The translations under genes and the position numbers were made by a program. From Puniceicoccales bacterium (GTDB taxonomy: Bacteria > Verrucomicrobiota > Verrucomicrobiia > Opitutales > JAIRKQ01): a stretch of DNA of 64,000 nucleotides. Shown here piece after piece: positions 20,510-28,575 of this stretch. The number at the start of each line of letters is the position of its first letter. Within the stretch, counting starts at the first letter, position 1. Location: assembly GCA_031260055.1 (NCBI GenBank), contig JAIRKQ010000006.1, forward strand, positions 7,713-71,712, read 5' to 3'. The notes beneath the pieces were generated by a model. The model was not told the origin of the DNA and made no database searches. It saw only the letters and a list, made by a program, of their open reading frames with translations.

Positions 20510-20820
20510 AAAAATTCAGTGACCGTTCCCGGGAAAGAAATGCTGTGAAATAGGAACTTCGGAGAAAAGAGGCACAAATTGTTCATGAAAATGGGAAAAG
20601 GAAGGGCCCCATGGTGTGGAAAATCCTACAATTGATACTTCTGAAGATTATTACTTCATATTAATGCAAAAACACAAAAATAAACAAGAAAAATTTTGGT
20701 TCCTTTACTATCCTTTTAAACGTTCTTGGGTTCTATTTACATATCCATAAAATTTGCAAATTATTATTGACAAAGGATAACATCAGCTGCTATTACCCTC
20801 CACCAGAAGGAATTAGCATA

Positions 20821-21933
20821 ATGAATACAAAAAAAAAGACATTTGCTATCTTAATAGCGATTATTGGATGTTTAATTTCTAGTTTTAATTCGAAGCTCGC
20901 TACTGCTGCGATAAATATAAGAGACACGGACGACGAAGCTGAGATTTCTAGACTCATCTCAATTTTTATTGATGGAGCAATATTCCCAACGATGAGTGCT
21001 AATAATTTGCTGACCAGTGCTCTCTTTAGCCATATGACAAATACCAAAGGCTGCCTCTCCAATCCATTTGTCCATGCCATCTATGGTCATAGTCAGAATG
21101 AAGTCATCGCAGAGTATGGTTTCAAAAACGACATATATGGTTATATCCTAGGAGTTGACAATGTTTGGATTTCGGTCGACGAAAAGTATTTCCGCCTGGG
21201 CACTGCCCTAGGGTATGCTCACGGTAAAGTTGCTTCTGTTGGAACAATAATCACGGGCAGTTTCCTCGAGTTAAATTTTGGAGAAGGCGACACGGATTAT
21301 AGCCATGACGTTCACACGGTGAAACTATTTGCTGCCTATGAATCGTTTAATGATAAACGTTTGAAGACTAACATTGGGATTATTTTTGGATATAACTACG
21401 ACATAAATAATTCGCTTGGGAAGAACTCCCTCGAATTTACATCCCACAGCTTCTCCCTAGGAATGAAATTTATAAAAAATCTATATGCCTACAACGGATA
21501 TCAGTTTGGATTATGGCTTCAAACAAACTATAATTTCATTTTCCGAAATACAGACGGAAATAAATTAAGTAGATTTCAAGATGTTGACTTTATCCTCAAA
21601 TCGGGCTATAATTCTCTCGTCACCGTCATCGGCCTTAATGTGGAAAAAGAAGCCTTCAAACATGCCGACAGAAAATTGATACTGTCTTTGAAAACTGGAT
21701 GGGAATGCCCAGTAATGCAACGTACCGACGCCGTTTTGTTTTTGACTGTTACTGCTAACGAACACTATGGGGTTTTTAAATTTAGACGCCCAGTCAAGGA
21801 TGTCGTCATTGTATCATTTAATGCCTCACAAAAGTTGAATAATCACTGGAGCATTGTCGGGTCGTATTCTGCAAGGTTTAACAAAGACTTTTCAGCCCAT
21901 AACCTTTCCGGTGGAGTTGAATATGCTTTTTAG
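20821..21933 (+). CDS. Autotransporter beta-barrel protein AT1 with essentially no passenger
   Basis: Signal peptide MNTKKKTFAILIAIIGCL..., short helical linker, alternating aromatic beta strands, C-terminal GGVEYAF (BamA beta-signal). Confidence 0.85.
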   Translation: MNTKKKTFAILIAIIGCLISSFNSKLATAAINIRDTDDEAEISRLISIFIDGAIFPTMSANNLLTSALFSHMTNTKGCLSNPFVHAIYGHSQNEVIAEYGFKNDIYGYILGVDNVWISVDEKYFRLGTALGYAHGKVASVGTIITGSFLELNFGEGDTDYSHDVHTVKLFAAYESFNDKRLKTNIGIIFGYNYDINNSLGKNSLEFTSHSFSLGMKFIKNLYAYNGYQFGLWLQTNYNFIFRNTDGNKLSRFQDVDFILKSGYNSLVTVIGLNVEKEAFKHADRKLILSLKTGWECPVMQRTDAVLFLTVTANEHYGVFKFRRPVKDVVIVSFNASQKLNNHWSIVGSYSARFNKDFSAHNLSGGVEYAF

Positions 21934-21995
21934 AGTAAGTTTTCGTTGACACGGGTATAGCATTAATTTTTACTGCCCCGCTAGAAGGAACCAAC

Positions 21996-23104
21996 ATGAT
22001 GAATATAAAGGAGAAGAAGATATTTGTTATCTTGATGGTGATTGTTGGGAGTTTAATTTTTAATTTTAATTCGGAGCTTGCTGCTCTTTCAATTCAAAGA
22101 ATGGGCATGCCGCTAAAATCCGATATTTCTGAAATCGTCTCAATTTTTACTGATGGAACAATGTTCCCAATAGTGAGTACTAATAATTTACTGACCGATG
22201 TGCTCTCTGGCCGTATGACAAATATCAAAGGCTGCCTCGCCAATTCATTTGTTCATGCCATCTATGGTCATAGTCAGAATAAAGTCGTAGCAAAGTATGG
22301 TTTCAAAAACAATATATATGGTTTCATCCTAGGAATTGACGATGTTTGGGTATTTGCCAACGAAAAGTATCTTCGTCTGGGTGCTGCCCTAGGGTACACT
22401 CACGGGGAAGCTATTTCTGTCAACACAGTAAGTGTGGGCAAATCCCTCCGCATCAAATTCGAAGAAGGCGACATGAATTATAACCATGACGCCTACACAG
22501 TAAAACTATTTTGTGCCCATGAATCGTTTAATGATAAACGTTTGAAGACTAACATTGGGATTATTTTTGGATATAACTACAACAGAAGTAATTTGGTTGA
22601 GCGGATGTTGCCCTTCGAATATACATCCCATGGCCTTTCCCTGGGAGTGGAATTTATAAAAATCTATACGCCTACAACGGATATCAGTTCGGATTATGGC
22701 TCCAAACGAACTGTAGTTTCATCTTCCGAAATGCAAATGGAAAAGGATTGCAAAAGTTTGACCTTACCCTCAAATCGGGCCATAGTTTTTTCACTACTGT
22801 CGTCGGCTTTAATGTGGAAAAAGAAACCTTCAAACATGCCGACAGAAAATTGATACTATCTTTGAAAACTGGATGGGAATACCAAGTAACGCCACCTACT
22901 ATCACCGCTTCGGCTCTGGACCTTATCGTTGACAAAGTCTACGGGGCTTTTAAGTTTAAACACCCCGCCCAGGATGCTGCCATCGTCTCACTCAATGCCC
23001 TACAAAGGCTGGACCACTGGAGCATTGTCGGGTCGTATTCCGTAAGATTCAACAAAAACTTATCGGCCCATGGTCTCACCGGCGGTGTTGAATATGCTTT
23101 TTAG
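21996..23104 (+). pseudogene. Autotransporter beta-barrel paralog AT2, frameshifted by a 1-nt deletion in an A-run
   Basis: The split ORFs 21996..22853 and 22748..23104 together reconstruct a full AT1 paralog. The A-run at 22658-22662 is A5, versus A6 in AT1 (21474-21479) and AT4 (27919-27924). Confidence 0.85.
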
Positions 23105-23121
23105 GAAATAGAAGGTGCAAG

Positions 23122-23143
23122 GTTCTTCCAAAGTTGGAAGAAC
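23122..23143. repeat. Perfect inverted repeat downstream of AT2 (possible terminator or RNA-stabilising hairpin)
   Basis: GTTCTTCCAA-AG-TTGGAAGAAC; no U-tract follows. Confidence 0.5.
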
Positions 23144-23263
23144 GAACACCTGCCGTTAAAAAACGGGAAAGATAAACATAAAAGGTTGAGCATTTGATGC
23201 TGAAGAATTTTTTGCCCCCGTTTCCCCATTTGCGAAAAATTTACATATTATTTACGAATTTTA

Positions 23264-23291
23264 TTGACGGGCGAAGGAAGAAAAATACACT
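23264..23291 (+). promoter_or_regulatory. Putative sigma70 promoter of AT3
   Basis: TTGACG-16 nt-TACACT, about 20 nt upstream of ATG 23311. Confidence 0.45.
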
Positions 23292-23310
23292 TTAGGCAAA
23301 AGGGTTGAGT

Positions 23311-26300
23311 ATGGGTAAAAAAATTCTTGTTGCCGCAGCGATTATGGTTTGTTTAATTTTTTGCCGTGGTTCAGCATCCGTTGACCCCCTAAACAGAGTC
23401 ATAGGTGAACTGAAGGACTCCACCGAATTCTGGTCAATGGAGGCTCCCGACAGGACGAACGCAGTCACATTTGAAAATAATGGCTCCATATCGGTTGCCT
23501 CCATTGCGGGAGATATCGACAGTGGAATCGCAGCCAATGTTGAGTTTTCTAGCTCTGAGTTCCCTGAAAATGATAAGAAAAACTCCCTGCTCACCGTAAC
23601 ATTTAATAACAATCCCAGCGTTGAAACGGGAGTGATTAATTTCAGGAATCCTAACTATAATATCATGGCCCATATCTATGCGTACAACACAACCACCGGC
23701 CAGTCTGCCGTGGACATTAACCTCGCTGAAGGCGTAAACCTGTCCATTGCTGAAGACGGCACCCATCATCCTGTGCTGGTGGCATATTCTAATGTTACTG
23801 GTACTGAGGATGATGGCAATTCTGTCGCAACCGCCATTCAGGCTGCGAATACAAATTCTGTTACTATCGAAAACCTGGCATCCTTAACCGCTGTTTCTCT
23901 TTTTAATTCTAATTTTAATTCTGATTCTTTTTCCGCAAGTGCTGGGATTGGGGCAGCGGCGGCGAATGACAGTAGCAACAGCAGTGTGGAGGGCCTAAAT
24001 GTAACATTTGGGGATGGCAATATCCTAACCTCTTCTTCTAGTTCTATTAATGTTGCACCTGTTTTTACTTCTTCTGGTAATTCCGCAAGTGCTGGGATTG
24101 GGGCAGCGGCGGTAAATGACGACACTGGCAACAGCGAGGTGAAGGGCCTAAATGTAACATTTGGGGATGGCAATATCCTAACCTCTTCTTCTATTGGTTT
24201 TCCTGCCGGTGTAAGTGCTGGGATTGGGGCAGCAAAGGCGAATGGTAACAGCACGGCGAATAATCTAGACATACGATTTGAGGACAACAACGGCCTAGCC
24301 GCTTCTTCTTATGGTACTCATTCCGCAAGTACTGGGGTGGGGGCAGCCTCGACGAGTGATAGCGCAGCAACAGCAGTAACGGGACTATACGTGCAATTTC
24401 AGAATGACAACGGCCTAACCGCTTCTTCTTATTCTTATGATACTTATTCCGCAAGTACTGGGGTGGGGGCAGCCTTAGCAAGTAATAGCACGGCCAGCAC
24501 GGCCAGCTCCGTTAGGGTAAACATGAACGGTAATCAAAGCATTAGCGCATTGGCCTGTGTTCAAAGTAATCCTTCCAATGCTAAAGTCAACGCCTTCGGT
24601 GCCGACAACACGGATGCGGGCGATGATTTTGGCTGGCGCGTGGGCATATTCGCCGCCGGGGAAGACATTGTTGTAGAGGAAGATGATGAGACTACCATCG
24701 CCAGAGCCATAAATGTGAATTCCACGGTAAATATTTTGGCCGCAAAACTAGGAAAAGAGTGGGAGATTACGGACGGCGTTGCCACTGCAACCCTGGGAGG
24801 TAATCAAGGGACCAGCAGTGCCGATTACGCCCGCGCATTCGCATTGGGCAATGATTTCCAAATTTACATCGGTGGAATGGCCGACCCGGATACCCATGGA
24901 TTTACGCCTGTCTCGGCGCTTGCAGGAACCATCAACGTCGTCAACATAATCGGTGCCATCAGCAGGGGCCGAGATTCTGCTGCAACTACCGGTTCCAGCC
25001 TCACCATCGACAATGCTTGGACGGTGAATACCTACGGCCCCGTTCAAGATCTCGCAAACATTGAAATAAAAGGTGGCGGCGAGTGGAATGTCTATGGGCC
25101 CGCTGAAGGCCTTTCCGACATCCATGTTATGTCGGGTGTTCTCCACATTGCAAAGGATACAAATTATACAAATTTTAACGGTGTCATTGGACAAATTCAG
25201 GATAAAATAACATACGTGGATCCCATAACGAGGGTATCATGCAGAGGTGGTGACGGGGAGATTGGAATAAATGCCGATAATTACCCGTGGAATGGTTCTT
25301 CCGGTGGAAGTTTGGCCTTAGGTGCAGGCCATAGACTTGTCCTCTACGTCGATAGCTCCCAAATGGAAAGCATACAAACACCTTTCTTGGAGAAATTTAG
25401 ACTGGTAACTGGATACGTATCCATCGATGCTGGGATGGAAAATGCGTTAGTCTTTAACGGTGGTAAAATTGCCCTTGCCAACGATTCCAACGGGGATTCC
25501 GCAACAGTCAACTATTGGTTGATCCGGTCCGGGGCAAATGAAAGTGTTGAAGCCGTTGCTGAGATGTTGGGGATGAAAGATTCTTTTGATCCCAACAATT
25601 TTGTGCAGGAAAATGTCAACCTGTTCAGATTATCCGATACTTATGCGGCTTCCCTTTTTGAAGAAAGTTTTTCGGAATATGAATGGTTAGACGGAGAATC
25701 GGCCGTATATCTGTTTAACGATCAAGAGCACGGAATCAGTGGATTATACATAGGAACTGAGCTGGAACAATCCGATGATTTCCTGGGAGAAGTCTATGCC
25801 AATGTGGAACTGGCAGCCCTGACAGTGACGGCCCATAATTTACTTACCAATGCCATCTCCGACCGTCTGACACGGGTAAAAGGTTGTCTTGCTGACCCAT
25901 TTATCTATGCTATCTATGGCCATGCCCATCAAGACGAGCTTACCAGGAGGGGATACCGTAGTAACATGGGCGGTTTTGTCCTGGGTGCTGACAATGTGTG
26001 GGATTTTCCCAATGAAAGATACATCCGTATCGGTGCTGCCTTTGGATATGTCCATGGGAAGACAAAGTTTTCCGATTCCATCGTCGACGCTAAAGAATCC
26101 ACAAAGCATGATATTTATGTGGTAGAACTTTTCGGGGCCTACGAGTTCTTCAACGACAAGCAATTGAAGACCAACGTTGGGGTTACCTTTGGCTATGGCC
26201 GTGGTAATGATACGCTGGATTTAGGTGCCAATGTTAGTGGTACTGGATCTAGAGACACTAAAATTAAATCTGATAATTTTTTCGCGGGCATAGAATTTCT

Positions 26301-26769
26301 CAAGAACCTGTATGCGTACAAGGGATGTCATTTCGGGTTGTGGCTCCGGGCAAATTACAACCACGTTGCCCAGAAAGAACATGAGGAAATGGTAACAGCC
26401 CTAATGGGAATGCAACATGTTTCCTCCGTTAACCACAATTTCCTCACCACCGTTCTTGGTCTCAACCTTGAAAAGGAAATCCTCGATGCGGAATATGCCG
26501 ATAAGAGATGGTTATTATCCCTAAGGACGGGTTGGGAATGCCAAGCGCTGCGGAAACATTCCGACGCCACCATCACATTTGATAATGACTTTGGCGGAGG
26601 TAAAATCAAGCCTGTCTATGGTCAACCCGGCAAAAATGCTGCCATTGTGATCCTTGGAATTTCCAAAAAGTTGAACACTAACTTGAGCATGGTCGGTTCC
26701 TACACAGGAAGATTTAACAGAGAAATCTCCAACCATAGCCTTTCCTGTGGCGCTGAGTATTCCTTCTAG
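23311..26769 (+). CDS. Autotransporter AT3 with an ~800-aa repeat-containing (probably beta-helical) passenger
   Basis: Signal peptide, Asn/Ser/Gly/Ala-rich passenger with repeats, the same linker and barrel as its paralogs (LLTNAISDRLTRVKGCLADPF), C-terminal GAEYSF. Confidence 0.9.
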   Translation: MGKKILVAAAIMVCLIFCRGSASVDPLNRVIGELKDSTEFWSMEAPDRTNAVTFENNGSISVASIAGDIDSGIAANVEFSSSEFPENDKKNSLLTVTFNNNPSVETGVINFRNPNYNIMAHIYAYNTTTGQSAVDINLAEGVNLSIAEDGTHHPVLVAYSNVTGTEDDGNSVATAIQAANTNSVTIENLASLTAVSLFNSNFNSDSFSASAGIGAAAANDSSNSSVEGLNVTFGDGNILTSSSSSINVAPVFTSSGNSASAGIGAAAVNDDTGNSEVKGLNVTFGDGNILTSSSIGFPAGVSAGIGAAKANGNSTANNLDIRFEDNNGLAASSYGTHSASTGVGAASTSDSAATAVTGLYVQFQNDNGLTASSYSYDTYSASTGVGAALASNSTASTASSVRVNMNGNQSISALACVQSNPSNAKVNAFGADNTDAGDDFGWRVGIFAAGEDIVVEEDDETTIARAINVNSTVNILAAKLGKEWEITDGVATATLGGNQGTSSADYARAFALGNDFQIYIGGMADPDTHGFTPVSALAGTINVVNIIGAISRGRDSAATTGSSLTIDNAWTVNTYGPVQDLANIEIKGGGEWNVYGPAEGLSDIHVMSGVLHIAKDTNYTNFNGVIGQIQDKITYVDPITRVSCRGGDGEIGINADNYPWNGSSGGSLALGAGHRLVLYVDSSQMESIQTPFLEKFRLVTGYVSIDAGMENALVFNGGKIALANDSNGDSATVNYWLIRSGANESVEAVAEMLGMKDSFDPNNFVQENVNLFRLSDTYAASLFEESFSEYEWLDGESAVYLFNDQEHGISGLYIGTELEQSDDFLGEVYANVELAALTVTAHNLLTNAISDRLTRVKGCLADPFIYAIYGHAHQDELTRRGYRSNMGGFVLGADNVWDFPNERYIRIGAAFGYVHGKTKFSDSIVDAKESTKHDIYVVELFGAYEFFNDKQLKTNVGVTFGYGRGNDTLDLGANVSGTGSRDTKIKSDNFFAGIEFLKNLYAYKGCHFGLWLRANYNHVAQKEHEEMVTALMGMQHVSSVNHNFLTTVLGLNLEKEILDAEYADKRWLLSLRTGWECQALRKHSDATITFDNDFGGGKIKPVYGQPGKNAAIVILGISKKLNTNLSMVGSYTGRFNREISNHSLSCGAEYSF
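23932..24510 (+). repeat. Five imperfect in-frame passenger repeats of 114-150 bp
   Basis: SASAGIGAA / SASTGVGAA motif starts near 23932, 24082, 24208, 24322 and 24448. Units 1 and 2 share a ~50-bp identical block (gggcctaaatgtaacatttggggatggcaatatcctaacctcttcttcta). Confidence 0.9.
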
Positions 26770-26868
26770 AAAATAGAAAGGCCAGGGGTCTTTTTTAGAA
26801 CGTGTTTAGCCCGTTTTCCATAAATTTACGAAATTTTCGCAAAATCCGTAAATTTTCGTAAATTTTCA

Positions 26869-26896
26869 TTGACAAGTGGAAAGTATTAACTATTCT
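26869..26896 (+). promoter_or_regulatory. Putative sigma70 promoter of AT4, preceded by an inverted repeat
   Basis: TTGACA-16 nt-TATTCT; GGAGG RBS at 26909-26913; 15/16 inverted repeat at 26822-26837 and 26850-26865. Confidence 0.5.
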
Positions 26897-26920
26897 CATC
26901 GCCTCATAGGAGGGTAGAAT

Positions 26921-28372
26921 GTGGACATTTGGGGCAAAGGACATTTGGGGCAAAGGACATTTGGGGCAAAGGACATTTGGGGCAAAGGACATTTGGGGCA
27001 AAGGACATTTGGGGCAAGAATTTCTGTCCTTTTGGTGGCAATCATTGGGTGCCTATTTTTTTATCCCAACTTGAATACTTATGGTGAACCCGGAACTTCT
27101 GTTGAGCCCGGAACTTCTGGTGAGCCCGAAACTTCTGGTGAGCCCGGAACTTCTGGTGAGCCCGGAAGTGTTGGGTCCCAAGGATCAGGTGATAACAATG
27201 GGGACAAGGACGAGAACTCTGATAGCGATAGCCTTATAGACAAATTAAAGGAATTAATAGGACCGAAAATAAAAGAATCAGCGAAAGAAGCCATCCTTCC
27301 TGGCGCCATTGCCATCATTTCTCCATTTCTTGGGAATGAGCTGGCATCCTTGACAGTGATTACCAATAACTTACTGATCAATGCAATCTCCAGCCGTATG
27401 ACAAATGTCAAAGGCTGCCTCGCCGATCCATTTGTTCATGCCATCTATGGCCACATGCATCGGAATATCATCTCAGAATGCGGCTACAAGAACGATATGT
27501 ATGGTTTTGTTCTAGGGATTGATAATGTTTGGTCGCTTAGCCACAAAAAGTATTTTCGCCTGGGCACTGCCCTAGGGTATATTCACAGAAAAATAATACC
27601 TTACGGTACTCTTTCCAGAGTAGGATATACTCCCGATACCACCTTCAGTTTAGATCCTGAACAATTCATTGCAGGTAACGACAATAATGTCTATGCAATA
27701 AACCTGTTTAGTGCCTATGAATCGTTCGATGATGAATGTTTAAAGACTAACATCGGGGTTATTTTTGGATATAACTACAGCAGAGATAAATTCAATATGG
27801 GGAATTTCTACATACCCGAGCTGGGGTTGCCTTCGGATATATTGACGGTATTGAAGATGGTTAGGCTATCCTACATCGAATTTGAATCCAATAGCATTTT
27901 CCTGAGAATAGGACTGATAAAAAATCTACATGCCTACGAGGGATATCAATTTGGCCTATGGCTTCAGGCAAACTATAATTACATCTGCCAGCGTAATAAA
28001 CTGTTACATTTGCTAGGTCATGATATTATAACTGACTATAATTTTCTTACCACCGTCATCGGCCTTAACATTGAAAAAGAAGCCTTCAAACGTGCCGACA
28101 AAAAATTGACATTTTCTTTGAAAGTTGGATGGGAATTCCAAGTAATTCAAAATTTCGATGTTCTCTATACTGTCGCCACTTTTGCTTCTGCTGCTTTCTT
28201 TAACGACGCTAACAAGTTCTTGAGGTATCCCGTCAGAAACACTGCCGTCATATCATTCAATGCTTCTCAAAAGCTGGATGATCACTGGAACATCAGTGGG
28301 TCCTATTACGCAAGATTCAATAAAGACCTTTCGTCCAATAATTTCTCCATTGGCGTTGAATATGCCTTCTAG
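26921..28372 (+). CDS. Autotransporter AT4 with a short passenger and a VNTR in its signal-peptide coding region
   Basis: In frame from GTG 26921; the overlapping ATG 26919 is out of frame and stops at 27072-27074. Signal h-region ISVLLVAIIGCLFF, GEPGTS repeats, shared barrel, C-terminal GVEYAF. Confidence 0.85.
   Translation: MDIWGKGHLGQRTFGAKDIWGKGHLGQRTFGARISVLLVAIIGCLFFYPNLNTYGEPGTSVEPGTSGEPETSGEPGTSGEPGSVGSQGSGDNNGDKDENSDSDSLIDKLKELIGPKIKESAKEAILPGAIAIISPFLGNELASLTVITNNLLINAISSRMTNVKGCLADPFVHAIYGHMHRNIISECGYKNDMYGFVLGIDNVWSLSHKKYFRLGTALGYIHRKIIPYGTLSRVGYTPDTTFSLDPEQFIAGNDNNVYAINLFSAYESFDDECLKTNIGVIFGYNYSRDKFNMGNFYIPELGLPSDILTVLKMVRLSYIEFESNSIFLRIGLIKNLHAYEGYQFGLWLQANYNYICQRNKLLHLLGHDIITDYNFLTTVIGLNIEKEAFKRADKKLTFSLKVGWEFQVIQNFDVLYTVATFASAAFFNDANKFLRYPVRNTAVISFNASQKLDDHWNISGSYYARFNKDLSSNNFSIGVEYAF
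26923..27017 (+). repeat. 16-bp tandem repeat GGACATTTGGGGCAAA, five perfect copies plus one 15-bp copy
   Basis: Units start at 26923, 26939, 26955, 26971, 26987 and 27003; no spacers. Confidence 0.97.
27083..27172 (+). repeat. 18-bp in-frame tandem repeat encoding (G/V)EP(G/E)TS, about five copies
   Basis: Consensus GGTGAGCCCGGAACTTCT; units at 27083, 27101, 27119, 27137 and 27155 (last one degenerate). Confidence 0.95.
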
Positions 28373-28430
28373 GACACTATAGGACAGAATCTGAAATTTA
28401 CTCCTAGATCCAGATCTCATAAAAGCTAAT

Positions 28431-28476
28431 GGGTAAAGATGAAAAGATAAAAGAAAATCTTTTCATCTTTTTACCC
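28431..28476. terminator. Long hairpin after the autotransporter array (probable intrinsic terminator)
   Basis: GGGTAAAGATGAAAAGAT-8 nt loop-ATCTTTTCATCTTTTTACCC. Confidence 0.6.
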
Positions 28477-28575
28477 GTCCTTCCCTTAGCTAGTGTATTT
28501 CTAAAAAACTGATTGGACGATTGGCAATGAAATTTAACCGTTGTATTCCCATGTGAATTTTATATTGGTTCTTTC

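Noticed and set aside
26923-27017. 16-bp repeat as a CRISPR array
   Set aside because: Units are directly adjacent with no spacers, are too short, and no cas genes are present
20421-28575. Autotransporter array as an integrative element inserted at tRNA-Ser
   Set aside because: No integrase, transposase or duplicated tRNA 3' end was seen at the far boundary; local tandem duplication explains it better
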